In this document: positions 9,445 through 19,266 of the stretch, in pieces
Layout of the letters: each line of letters begins with the position of its first letter
Position numbering within the stretch: position 1 is the stretch's first letter
From: a virus
Lineage: Duplodnaviria; Caudoviricetes
IMG/VR virus record: IMGVR_UViG_3300009070_000001
Coordinates: 1-64,000 of that record
DNA length: 64,000 nucleotides
Reading direction: 5' to 3' (one strand)
Translations under genes and position numbers: made by a program
The notes under the pieces: model-generated
What the model was told of the DNA's origin: nothing
Seen by the model: the letters and a program-made list of their open reading frames with translations, nothing else
Database searches by the model: none

Positions 9445-10595
9445 GTTTTTACTTAAACGAAGATCAAGTTCAGAAATTGCTAAACATTGAGGACTTGACC
9501 AAAAGTCCTACACATGCAATTGCTTTGGCAAAGAATAAGATTATTGAGGCCTTAGAAGCAAAATTTGGATTGACTGCTAATGTAATTAATCCAAGTCCAA
9601 TCGTAAGCAAAGAAAATAATTTCTATAAGCTTGGCTATTCGGATAAGGATGAGACTACTAAGGAACGTTATTGTAAGTATACTTCGGAGCAAAATCTTTT
9701 TAGAACCCAAATGACTTCGGCAGTTCCAGAAACTCTTGAGACTCTAGCTCAGGATAAAACTTGGAGTGAAAAGCTTTACTGTTTTCCTGGAATGGTATTT
9801 CGTCGTGACGTAGTTGATCGAACCCACGTAGGCCAACCTCATCAAATGGACGTTTGGTATTTGACCAATAAACGCCAAATGGAACGACGAGATTTGCTTG
9901 AACTGGTTCAAGTAGTTGTTGATCAAGTAACTGAGATTTTCTCTAAAAATGAACCTGAAGCTTTTAAAAAGCAGGGTAGTAAAATTGAATGGCGTTTTAA
10001 CGAAACGGAACATAATTATACTGATCACGGGATTGAAGTAGAAATTATGTATAAAGGTAAATGGTTGGAAATTTTAGAGTGTGGTTTAGCGGGGAGGAAA
10101 CTCCTTACTCAGTCTGGGCTGGGTCCTGAGTATTCAGGCTTAGCTTTGGGAATGGGTCTGGACCGCTTTATCATGCTTACTAAGAATATTGAAGATATTC
10201 GAATTTTGAGAGATAAAAATGCCAAAATTCAAGCACAAATGTCTAATCTCGGAAAATATAAACCGGTTTCTAATCAGCCTTGTATTAAAAGAGATATGTC
10301 CATAGCTGTATGGAAGGGAAGTTTGTTAGAAACTCTTACAGAAAAAGCTTTGGAAGTTATGGGAGATAGAGAAGGATGGGTAGAAGAAATTACTTTAGTA
10401 GCTTCTACTCCGTATGAAGATCTTCCTGAAATGATTCGTCCAAGATTGGGAATTAAAGAAGGCCAAGATAATTGGCATCTTCGTATTGTGTTCAGAGATC
10501 TTACTTCTTCTATTCCTAGTGAAGAAGCCAATTCTCTATATACTCAATTGTATTCTAAGCTTCATGAGGGAGAAGGCGGTTACGCTCTTAAGTAA
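9441..10595 (+). CDS. Monomeric PheRS-like ligase (class II aaRS catalytic domain + FDX-ACB domain; SrmL-like)
   Basis: FRTQMTS, motif 2 GMVFRRDVVDRTHVGQPHQMD, WLEILECG, motif 3 GLALGMGLDRFIML, C-terminal S.QP.IKRDMS. Confidence 0.85.
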   Translation: MSFYLNEDQVQKLLNIEDLTKSPTHAIALAKNKIIEALEAKFGLTANVINPSPIVSKENNFYKLGYSDKDETTKERYCKYTSEQNLFRTQMTSAVPETLETLAQDKTWSEKLYCFPGMVFRRDVVDRTHVGQPHQMDVWYLTNKRQMERRDLLELVQVVVDQVTEIFSKNEPEAFKKQGSKIEWRFNETEHNYTDHGIEVEIMYKGKWLEILECGLAGRKLLTQSGLGPEYSGLALGMGLDRFIMLTKNIEDIRILRDKNAKIQAQMSNLGKYKPVSNQPCIKRDMSIAVWKGSLLETLTEKALEVMGDREGWVEEITLVASTPYEDLPEMIRPRLGIKEGQDNWHLRIVFRDLTSSIPSEEANSLYTQLYSKLHEGEGGYALK

Positions 10596-10600
10596 CCTAA

Positions 10601-11599
10601 ATGATAGAAGAGAAAGAAATAAAATCTTTTATTAAAGAAGCTGGTTGTAATCTTCCTAAATCTAAATTGTATGGAAAAGGGGAAAACTTCTATACGTTTA
10701 GATTTGGGAGAAATTCTTTTTTAAAAATTACGTATTTAAAAGAAATAAATAAATATAGAGTTTATACTTCTAATGTAGTTAAATTACCTAGAGGGCAACA
10801 AAGTCTGGGTTTAAGAGTTCCTATTGTAACGGTATATACTTGGAATTTTAAAACATTAAAACCTAAAATCTATAGTTTAGAGAAAAATTCTAAGTTAAAA
10901 TTTAGAATAAATAAAATTTCTAGTGAAGGTGAGCTTGCTAATAAAAGCAAAGTCTCTGCAGCTGGGTTAAAGCTTTTTAAAAGGTTAAATGGTTTTGATC
11001 TAAAATTTAGGCTAATACAGCAACTGCACCCTGTTCTAAAAGACTTTGAGTATACGAGTTATGTAGGATTAAGCTCTATTGTTAATAATTTTTCTAACAG
11101 TGAAGACTTATTTAAGTATTATTTGCTTAATAAATATTCTGAATTAGGACAATATATTCTTAAAGGACACATGACCTTACAGTATTTGCCTTTAATTAAA
11201 AAATTAAAAATCTTAAAAATAGAAGAAAGTCTAATAATTTCGTTTATAAAAAGCTTAAATCAAAGTGGTTTATATGGAAAAGTAATTAAAAAATATTTTT
11301 CTATTAGAATTAATTCTTCTAATAAAGAAAAAGTAAAATCATTGTTTGAAAAAAATATCAAGTTTATACTTGATAAAGGTATTTATAGTCTATATTGTGT
11401 ATTAAGAGACTACCCTAGATTAAAAGTCCCTCTTGGATTAAATTATTATGAATCTATAGAGGATAGTATAAATACTATTAAATATAGATTAGAATCTCCT
11501 GTCTTTACAACTCTTATAGCTTATTTTAATTTAAATCCAAAGTTGACAAATTATTCAAGACTAAAAACTGAATTAAGATATATGGAGCCACTAGTATGA
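10601..11599 (+). CDS. Hypothetical basic protein
   Basis: 332-aa Lys/Tyr-rich ORF; no motif recognised. Confidence 0.6.
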   Translation: MIEEKEIKSFIKEAGCNLPKSKLYGKGENFYTFRFGRNSFLKITYLKEINKYRVYTSNVVKLPRGQQSLGLRVPIVTVYTWNFKTLKPKIYSLEKNSKLKFRINKISSEGELANKSKVSAAGLKLFKRLNGFDLKFRLIQQLHPVLKDFEYTSYVGLSSIVNNFSNSEDLFKYYLLNKYSELGQYILKGHMTLQYLPLIKKLKILKIEESLIISFIKSLNQSGLYGKVIKKYFSIRINSSNKEKVKSLFEKNIKFILDKGIYSLYCVLRDYPRLKVPLGLNYYESIEDSINTIKYRLESPVFTTLIAYFNLNPKLTNYSRLKTELRYMEPLV

Positions 11600-11714
11600 A
11601 TGTAGATAGAAAAATTCTTATAGGATTAGTATTTATTACAATTATTGTTTTGATTTTTTGTGCTAAAGGTATTTTAGAAGAAATTGCTGATTGGATAGGT
11701 AAGGTTCAAGAAAC

Positions 11715-12176
11715 GTGAAATCTATAGTAGAAAGTATTCTTGAACATAAGATATATGTTCAAGAATACACTAAAAAACTAGGTCTTAAATTTATAGAAAA
11801 AGGAGAGACCCAATTTGGAATTTCTTTAATTAAAAATGGTTTAGTTCATGATCAAAGCAAATTGCAAGGATTAGAATTAGAATATCTTCATAATAATTAT
11901 GAAGGTAAGAAACCTCCAGAATTCTTTTTAGCTTTAAAGCAACATGTAACTACTAATCCACATCATCCAGAATATTTTGAAGGCATTAAAAACATGCCTA
12001 AGATTTATTTAAGTGAATTAGTTTGTGACTGGAAAGCAAGATCTAGCGAATTAGATACGTGCTTAAACGACTTCATCCACTCCTCTGCTTTAGATAAATT
12101 TAAATTTTCTAGAGAATGTGAAGTATATAAAAACATTATGATGTATAAGGATATGTTAGTAGAAAAATGGAACTAA
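11715..12176 (+). CDS. DUF5662-like HD-superfamily protein
   Basis: HK..V, HDQSK, H..TNPHHPEYF, ELVCDW.AR. Confidence 0.75.
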   Translation: MKSIVESILEHKIYVQEYTKKLGLKFIEKGETQFGISLIKNGLVHDQSKLQGLELEYLHNNYEGKKPPEFFLALKQHVTTNPHHPEYFEGIKNMPKIYLSELVCDWKARSSELDTCLNDFIHSSALDKFKFSRECEVYKNIMMYKDMLVEKWN

Positions 12177-12660
12177 TTATTTTTTTAATGATTGCTTGGA
12201 CCAATCTTATTGGAATACTTTCTTTTAATTGGCAAGCTTTAGTTTGGATTAATTTTTGTATTATTTTAATTATGTTTTTATACGACTATAAACTAAGGAA
12301 TCCAAATAAGTAATATATAATAAGTATACTTATGATTATAGGTATACTTTGGTGGAGTTTAGTTGCACTTATTTTTTTAGCAGCTTATTTTGTAATAAGT
12401 TGTTTAGAAATAGGAAGACTTATTTTAAGTAAACTAGGAGTAAAACAACTTTATGAGTTTCAAAGGCAAGAATCTAAAATTCCAACATGTCAAGGTTGTT
12501 TATAGAAATGAGTATTTAAATTTTGTAACGTTTCGTTGTGAAAATAATGAAGAATTTATTTTAGATTTAGATACAAATACATTAAAGTTCAGGGGATACA
12601 ACCAAGTTAGTGTGGCCGCTATGGCAGAAGTCCTTGCTTGGCTAAATGAGTTCAAAGTTG

Positions 12661-12702
12661 TTACATCTCGGTAACATGTTTGTAACATGCTTCCCCTATA
12701 CT
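12661..12702 (+). promoter_or_regulatory. Promoter with phased TTACA/TAACA boxes
   Basis: Boxes at 12661/12672/12683; TATACT at 12697. Confidence 0.65.
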
Positions 12703-12718
12703 TAGGGAAGAGAAATTA

Positions 12719-14368
12719 ATGTTCAAAGATTTTGAATTACTTCAAACACAGAAAGGCCCTTGTCTAAGTTTTGAATATGAAGGCAAGAGACGCCATACTT
12801 ATAAAAAATCTTTAAAGGAAATAGGTAAGGCTTTAAATCTTAGTCCAGAGCAATATAAGAATTTGTTCTTAACCTATAAAGATTATTTAGATAAGAAATA
12901 TTCTACTTTACCTAAAGGTCATGTAGTTGAATATTTTGACACAGAATCTTGTGTTAATATAGAAAAAGACCTAGAAATATTTTCTAATTGGAGAGTAGAG
13001 AACTTTTATTTTACACCCAAAGGTTTGTTGTTTGAATGTATTTACAAAGATAAACCTAGTTTTAAATTCGAAGTCTTATCCGAACAAGAAATTATACATG
13101 CTTTACAAACTACTTTAGGCAGAAATGTAACGTCAGTAGAAAATTCAAATTTTGTAAACTTAATCTATGAAAAATTAGAAGAATACATACAAGCAACATA
13201 TCCTGAATTTTATGAACAGTGTATTGTAGGAGAAACTGTTCAATCTTCTAACTTTTTAGAACTTGCTAAAGAAATAAACTATTTTCAGAAACAAAGAGAG
13301 GCTAGTGAATCTGTGACTGGTAGAACAAGAACCTATGTTGAAAATGTAACTTGGGGCCCAAATAATACTCTAAATGTGAAATTTGTCACTCAGCCTCAAG
13401 TAGTTAATTTCAGTAGTTTCATGGACATAAATAATTATGTTGCTCAGAATTTTAGAGCCGAACATACAGAGCGAGTAAATTTAGAGGGAATCGAAGCTTT
13501 TACAGAATTAATGAAAGGCACTTATGGAGAAGCTATTAAAAGCATAGCTGCCTCGGGTGCTGTAACGTTCTCTGACGGAACCATGTCTTCTCTAGATCCT
13601 TATGGGGGATGGAAAGACGTTAAAGATCTCGCTTATAAGAAATATAATGAAAATAAAGCTAAAGTTACAGATAATTCGACTCAAGAAACTAAAGAGGCTA
13701 AGGTAAATAATGTGGGCGATCCTATTACATTAGATCAATTTTTTCATCTACTCTATGGAAAAAATGCGGAGGAAAAAATGAATTCTGGTCAACAAACAGC
13801 GAATGCTGCAAATAATGTTCCTGAAGGTCAAGCTTCTCCTAAAGTAGATATTCCGGAAACTTCTCCGGATGAAAAGAAAGCAGCTCTCAGAGAAGTTGAA
13901 CTTAAAGCAATTATGGATGCTTTTGGTGTTAGCAAGAAAGAAGCTGAAAAATTACTTTCTACTAAAGAGAAGAAAGAAAAAGCAGCCCGCCGTGAACAAG
14001 AACTGTTGGAATTCAAGGAAATTGAAAAACAACATAACGAAGCCACTAAAGAAATTAAAAAGCGCCGTAAAGAACTGAAGCCCGAACCTCAACTTCATAT
14101 CCCACCTACTGCACAAAAATTCACTATCGCTGCAATGTTCATGTTCATGATGCACATGGTTTATAAAGTTGCTGTTTTGAATTTCCAAAAGAAGAAATTT
14201 GCTGCGGAACAAAAACAAACTGAAGAACAGCAGGCCCAAACTCAGACTAAAGTAGTATATGCTCTGGCCCCTGCCGGAGGGACTTCGGCTAAGAAACAAC
14301 AAACCCAAACGGCTACTAAACAAAAAGTAGCTCAAAAGGTTAAACAAAAGGTTAAGGTTGCTAGGTAA
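12719..14368 (+). CDS. Hypothetical protein with a coiled coil, one C-proximal hydrophobic helix and a Q/K-rich tail
   Basis: 549-aa ORF; FTIAAMFMFMMHMVYKVAVL segment; has its own promoter and terminator. Confidence 0.65.
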   Translation: MFKDFELLQTQKGPCLSFEYEGKRRHTYKKSLKEIGKALNLSPEQYKNLFLTYKDYLDKKYSTLPKGHVVEYFDTESCVNIEKDLEIFSNWRVENFYFTPKGLLFECIYKDKPSFKFEVLSEQEIIHALQTTLGRNVTSVENSNFVNLIYEKLEEYIQATYPEFYEQCIVGETVQSSNFLELAKEINYFQKQREASESVTGRTRTYVENVTWGPNNTLNVKFVTQPQVVNFSSFMDINNYVAQNFRAEHTERVNLEGIEAFTELMKGTYGEAIKSIAASGAVTFSDGTMSSLDPYGGWKDVKDLAYKKYNENKAKVTDNSTQETKEAKVNNVGDPITLDQFFHLLYGKNAEEKMNSGQQTANAANNVPEGQASPKVDIPETSPDEKKAALREVELKAIMDAFGVSKKEAEKLLSTKEKKEKAARREQELLEFKEIEKQHNEATKEIKKRRKELKPEPQLHIPPTAQKFTIAAMFMFMMHMVYKVAVLNFQKKKFAAEQKQTEEQQAQTQTKVVYALAPAGGTSAKKQQTQTATKQKVAQKVKQKVKVAR

Positions 14369-14374
14369 TAATAT

Positions 14375-14394
14375 ACCCCCGAAAGGGGGTTTTT
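14375..14394 (+). terminator. Intrinsic terminator
   Basis: ACCCCC-gaaa-GGGGGT-TTTT. Confidence 0.85.
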
Positions 14395-15330
14395 CTTTAT
14401 GAAGTTTCCAATTGTTATTTCAGAGCAAAAACTTTTGCAACTTACTCGAAGATTTCCGTGGATTAATAATGAAAAAAAGCTCTATTTTTATAGAGTAGAA
14501 GAAGAGAATCTTTCTATAATTTATAAGAATATTTATTTAAATATTTGGCTATTAATTTCCGCTAGTAAAACTTCTGATTGTGATGTAGCTTTTTTTAGAC
14601 TACATGGATGTAGAAATATGGTTTTAAATAGAATTTAAAGGATTAGAAAATGAGTAAAGAAGAATCTGGTTATGCCCTGATGCTACAAACAGTAGTGGAC
14701 TCTTTTGAGGAAGAGAAAAAGAAATTTCCTTTCTTGGAAGGTTTAAAAGAACAGGCCTTACAGGCTGAAATGGTTTCTAAATATAAAGGCAAGCTTGTAG
14801 AAGCGGATCGTAAATATCATATTATCAACTTCCTTGAAGTAATTGAGAAATGGCCTAAGCCTAGACAATTGACTTTGTTTACTAAATTTGTTTCAGATTT
14901 AAAAAATGTATTGTTGAATTTCTCAGGACAAACCCCAGCCCTCCCTCCATCTTCAGATGAAGAAAAGTGATTTAGTTATCCCTTTTCTTCGTAAAGGAAA
15001 TGTTTCTAAGCGTTACAATCTTTCAGACGAAAGAGTTGGATATTACGTAGTTCCAGAAAAACTATTTGGACCTAAGAACTATTATTACAGATTTACAGCC
15101 TATTTAAACGATGTAGAATATTTACTAATTTATAGTTCGGATATTTTAAATAGTAAAAGTAATTTTACTCCTAATTCTTTTATGTATTTAATTTCCATGC
15201 TTCCTACGACCTTAGCTCCCAGATCTGAAAGATGGGCATTTTTTATGAAAAAAACTTACAATTTAGAGTATATAACCGGAGGACACATTCCAAGTTAATA
15301 AAAAGGTAAAAATTATAAATTGAGTTAATT

Positions 15331-15363
15331 AGACCCTTAGAAAAAATATCTAAGGGTCTTTTT
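15331..15363. terminator. Hairpin/terminator upstream of the structural block
   Basis: AGACCCTTAGA-aaaaata-TCTAAGGGTCT-TTTT. Confidence 0.6.
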
Positions 15364-15370
15364 GTTTTTT

Positions 15371-16342
15371 ATGCGATTTTTAGCTCACGTTCATGGCTAT
15401 GCTGGAGTTCATTCAGCGGGAGCAGAACGTTATTTAGAAGCTTTATTAGAGTTTTTGGTTGATAAGGGTCATGATTGTAAAGTTTTAACTGCTTCCAATA
15501 TGGGAGTTGATGGAGAAGTTCGAGGAGGAGTTACTTTAGATACTAAATGTCATCTCCCAGAAGCTATTGAAGAATGTTATAAAGAAACTGATTATGTAAT
15601 TACTCATTTGGATCTTACTCCTAAAGTAATAGAACTTTGTAGAAAATACAATAAAAAACTTATTTATATTGTTCATAATTATCACAGTATTCCTTACTGG
15701 GAAGTTCAGCCTGGTGATTGTTGGATGGTTCTATACAACGCTGAATGGATGGAAAAATATCATGTTGAGCAAATTAAATTTAAACATGATAATACTTTTA
15801 CTTTAATCCCTCCTACTAATTTTGAGAAATTTCACTTCAAATCTGAAGTATCCAGAGAAGACATTACTTTAGTAAATCTTAATATGAATAAGGGTGTTCT
15901 TCAATTTATAGAACAAGCTAAACAAAATCCTCAATACTCTTTTAGAGGAGTAATAGGAGCTTATGGAGATCAAAAGCTAGAAAGACTTCCTAACAATATT
16001 AAACTAATTAATCATACTAAAGATATTGTTAATGATGTATTTAAATATACAAAAATTCTCATGATGCCCTCTCTAAAAGAGACTTGGGGTATGGCTGCTA
16101 TTGAAGCTATGTGTTCAGGAATTCCAGTTATTGCTCATCCCACAGAAGGATTATTAGAAGCTTGTGGAGACGCAGGATTATTTGCTCTGAGAGATAAAAC
16201 TTATGTATGGAAAGATTTAATTTCCATGCTTATGGAGAATAAAGATCAGTATAATTATTGGTCAGAAAAAGCTCTTAGTAGAGCTAAATTTCTTTATAAA
16301 AAAGCTTACGAGCAATTAGAAGAATTAGAGAAGAAATTTTAA
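15371..16342 (+). CDS. GT-B fold glycosyltransferase (GT4-like)
   Basis: AGAERY, L...GH...V, NKG, MPSLKETWGMAAIEAMCSGIPVIA. Confidence 0.9.
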   Translation: MRFLAHVHGYAGVHSAGAERYLEALLEFLVDKGHDCKVLTASNMGVDGEVRGGVTLDTKCHLPEAIEECYKETDYVITHLDLTPKVIELCRKYNKKLIYIVHNYHSIPYWEVQPGDCWMVLYNAEWMEKYHVEQIKFKHDNTFTLIPPTNFEKFHFKSEVSREDITLVNLNMNKGVLQFIEQAKQNPQYSFRGVIGAYGDQKLERLPNNIKLINHTKDIVNDVFKYTKILMMPSLKETWGMAAIEAMCSGIPVIAHPTEGLLEACGDAGLFALRDKTYVWKDLISMLMENKDQYNYWSEKALSRAKFLYKKAYEQLEELEKKF

Positions 16343-16623
16343 TGAGTAATTTTGTTTTAATCAGAGCTTTGAAACATACTTTAGATGGTAGTGACGGAGG
16401 TTACGGATTTATTCCCCCATTTACTGTAATTGAATATGATGAATATAAAGCTAAAGATTTGGTAAATAGAGGTATTTTTGAGTTTGTAAATTTACCTCCC
16501 ACTGCTAATTATTTTAGTAAAGTAGAACAAAATATTGAAACTAAAGTAATTACCGTTGAAGAAGTAAAAGCAGAAGAAGCAGAGACTCCAAAAGAAACTA
16601 AAAAAGGCAAGAACAAGAAGTAA
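16342..16623 (+). CDS. Small head-associated protein, putative
   Basis: AKDLVNRG..E motif, ETK..., Lys-rich tail; immediately upstream of the head-tail connector. Confidence 0.5.
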   Translation: MSNFVLIRALKHTLDGSDGGYGFIPPFTVIEYDEYKAKDLVNRGIFEFVNLPPTANYFSKVEQNIETKVITVEEVKAEEAETPKETKKGKNKK

Positions 16624-16991
16624 TGCCTGTATACACTGCTATTCAAGATAACTCATCTATAAATTTGTTGAAAACAAAGAAATTTCTTCGTGTAGATGAA
16701 ACTGATACCTATCTTGATGATATCTTGAAGTTAATGATTCTAGCAGCTAAACAAGCTGCAGATAATTATTGCCAAGCTACTTTTGCAGATACTTTAGGAA
16801 ATGTTAGTATTCCCGCTGAAGTTGATCTTTGGATTCTTCAAATGGTTTCTCTTAATTGGGAGAGAAAAAGTCCATTTCTAGTCGCTAGTGAATATAAAGA
16901 TTTGGGCAGTGTAGATTGGGAATATAACTATGACGATTATTTCCATTTGTTAAAAGCTTGGCGTCGTGAGGTTGGCTTTGGTCCATTCTAA
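16623..16991 (+). CDS. Head-tail connector (HK97 gp6 / SPP1 gp15-like)
   Basis: L...KKFLRVD...DD.L...I.AA...A.NYC, P..V...IL..V...ER. Confidence 0.85.
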   Translation: MPVYTAIQDNSSINLLKTKKFLRVDETDTYLDDILKLMILAAKQAADNYCQATFADTLGNVSIPAEVDLWILQMVSLNWERKSPFLVASEYKDLGSVDWEYNYDDYFHLLKAWRREVGFGPF

Positions 16992-17322
16992 TATTTTTAA
17001 CAATCGTGTAAAAATGTATCGTAAGGTGTTGGTTAATACTCCGACTGGAGATGATGAACAGCTTACGCTTATTGATACTTTATGGGCTTCTATTTTAGAA
17101 ATGCCTATTAAAGTAGTAGATATGGGCCAAAATGAATCTCAAAAAAAATTAATTAAAATTACTTTGAGAGGCAGAAAAGAAATAGATGTTGCAAGAACTG
17201 AGTTTATGTGGAACTCATATACTTATCAGCCTATATCCTCTTCTTACCTGGTATCCAGAACTGACACGCAATTTACTGTCATTCTATGCCACAAAATTGA
17301 TAGTTTAACGGATGGTGTCTAA
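16966..17322 (+). CDS. Head closure / head-tail adaptor (SPP1 gp16-like)
   Basis: FNNRV, P.G, LWASI, KITLR; position after the connector. Confidence 0.7.
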   Translation: MRLALVHSNIFNNRVKMYRKVLVNTPTGDDEQLTLIDTLWASILEMPIKVVDMGQNESQKKLIKITLRGRKEIDVARTEFMWNSYTYQPISSSYLVSRTDTQFTVILCHKIDSLTDGV

Positions 17323-17720
17323 TGAGTGTAACTCCTGATACATATAATATATCCATATATAGAGGGGCTTCATTTAAAAAACTTTTTGAAGTAACTGATA
17401 ATGAATCTCCGACTCCAGGAGCTATTGACATTACAGGATGTGAATTAAGAGCACAAATTAGACAAAAACCTAATGCAGCTATTATGTTGGATTTAAATAC
17501 TCCAGATGAGATAACAATCACTGATGCTGCAAATGGAAAATTTAGAATTTTTATTTCTAGACAAGCTATAGTAGATGCTTTCCCTTTTCCTAAAAATGCT
17601 CAAGAAAAAGAATATGAATGGGATCTTTTCATTGAATGGCCTAATGGAGAAGATGTAGATTGCTGGTGGCAAGGAAGTGTCTTACTTGATCCTAATGTAA
17701 CTGATCCTTCAGTTAATTAA
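17322..17720 (+). CDS. BppU-like Ig-fold virion protein
   Basis: YNISIYRGASF, IDITG...RAQIR, DA.NG, WDL....G......QG.V...P.VT. Confidence 0.65.
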   Translation: MSVTPDTYNISIYRGASFKKLFEVTDNESPTPGAIDITGCELRAQIRQKPNAAIMLDLNTPDEITITDAANGKFRIFISRQAIVDAFPFPKNAQEKEYEWDLFIEWPNGEDVDCWWQGSVLLDPNVTDPSVN

Positions 17721-17728
17721 GGAATGTT

Positions 17729-18094
17729 ATGGCTGATATCACAATTAATACTACAGAAACTAGGGTAGTAGTAACAGAACTTTCTGAACAAGTTACTAGA
17801 ATAGTTGTAAGTAATGACCAGCCTGTAAAAATAATTACAGCTTCAACTCAAGGCCCTCCAGGTCGAGATGGAGAAGCTGGTGCTGCTGGAGCCAGAATTT
17901 ACTCTGAACAATTAATAGGTTCTATTGATGGAAGTAATAAATTATTTAGCACTACTTATCCTTATTTAGAAATCATAGAATTGTCTATTAATGGATTAGG
18001 TGGTGAAAATTTTACACCTACTAATACTACAGCTCTTACTCTTGTAGATACTCCTTTAGTAGGAGATATATTAAAAGTAATATATACTTATTAA
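17729..18094 (+). CDS. Virion structural protein with a short collagen-like stretch
   Basis: QGPPGRDGEAGAAG; C-terminal GSIDGSN..F...P..GD.L...Y module also ends ORF 18184. Confidence 0.6.
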   Translation: MADITINTTETRVVVTELSEQVTRIVVSNDQPVKIITASTQGPPGRDGEAGAAGARIYSEQLIGSIDGSNKLFSTTYPYLEIIELSINGLGGENFTPTNTTALTLVDTPLVGDILKVIYTY

Positions 18095-18120
18095 AAAGAT
18101 CCTTAACGGGATCTTTTTTT
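18093..18120. terminator. Intrinsic terminator
   Basis: AAAAAGATCC-ttaacg-GGATCTTTTTTT. Confidence 0.8.
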
Positions 18121-18183
18121 GTTTTACAGGACAAATTTGAGAAAAAAAAGAATTATTCCTCATATTAGAAAATGAGGTTTTAA

Positions 18184-19257
18184 ATGGCTACTAATACATT
18201 ACGTAGAGAGCAAATTCGAGACGGCGCTATTAATAACGTTAAAATTGGTAGCGGCGCTGCAATTACCAACGACAAATTTGCTACTTTTGTTCAAGATCAA
18301 AATTTCGGTGGATTTAAAGCCACCAACATGGGGACTCCCACGGCAGATACTGACGGGGCCACTAAGGGCTATGTAGACGGCGTAGCCAGCGGATTAGACG
18401 TTAAGCAATCTGTCAGAGTAGGTTCTACGGCTAACGTAGCAGGCACATACAACGCTACTGGAGGCACTTCTGCTCGCGGTCAGTTTACCGGTATGCCTAA
18501 TACTCTAGATGGAATTTCTCTAGCTGCAAATAACAGAGTTTTGTTAAAAGACCAATCTACTGGGGCTCAAAATGGTATTTGGGTAGTTTCTACTTTAGGC
18601 ACGGGCTCAAATGGTGTTTGGGATAGAGCTACTGATTTTGATCAGGATGCTGAAGTAACTGCAGGAGCATTTACCTTTATTGAAGCCGGAACTGTTAATG
18701 CTGATACCGGTTGGGTTTTAACTACGGATAATCCTATTGTGATTGGTGGTGGTTCTGGAACGTCTCTAGCTTTTTCTCAATTCTCGGGTGCCGGTTCTAT
18801 TATTGCCGGCGCTGGTTTAACTAAAACTGGAAATACTATTGATTTTGTAGCTGCAGACACTTCTCTTACCGTAAATGCTGATTCTGTTCAAGTAAATCTT
18901 AATGGAACTACTCTAGAAACTTCCTCGGGTCTTCGTGTTCGTGCAGCTGGAATTACTAATAATGAAGTTGCCGCTGATTTGGCTGGTGGTGGTATTGGTG
19001 GTGGAGCAGGAACCAATTTCTTTATTGATTGGGTTTATGAAACCCCCTCGGGAAGTATTAATGGAAGTAATCAAGCTTTCGTAGCGTCAAATACTATCTT
19101 CTCTGCTACTGGTTCTAGCACGGCTACTACTGATATTATTGTTATTCTAAATGGTGACGTTCAAGATCCCGCGCACTATACTCGTTCGGGAACCACTATT
19201 ACTATTACTGACGCTCCCCAAACTGGAGATACTCTTCGTTTCATTTATTTCAAATAA
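18184..19257 (+). CDS. Fibre / head-decoration protein
   Basis: DGATKGYVD...GLDVK.SVRV, RVLLKDQ....QNGIW, W.RATDFD, F.E.GT.NAD.GW, AG.GLTK.GNT; common phage fibre domain. Confidence 0.8.
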   Translation: MATNTLRREQIRDGAINNVKIGSGAAITNDKFATFVQDQNFGGFKATNMGTPTADTDGATKGYVDGVASGLDVKQSVRVGSTANVAGTYNATGGTSARGQFTGMPNTLDGISLAANNRVLLKDQSTGAQNGIWVVSTLGTGSNGVWDRATDFDQDAEVTAGAFTFIEAGTVNADTGWVLTTDNPIVIGGGSGTSLAFSQFSGAGSIIAGAGLTKTGNTIDFVAADTSLTVNADSVQVNLNGTTLETSSGLRVRAAGITNNEVAADLAGGGIGGGAGTNFFIDWVYETPSGSINGSNQAFVASNTIFSATGSSTATTDIIVILNGDVQDPAHYTRSGTTITITDAPQTGDTLRFIYFK

Positions 19258-19266
19258 GGTCTATTT

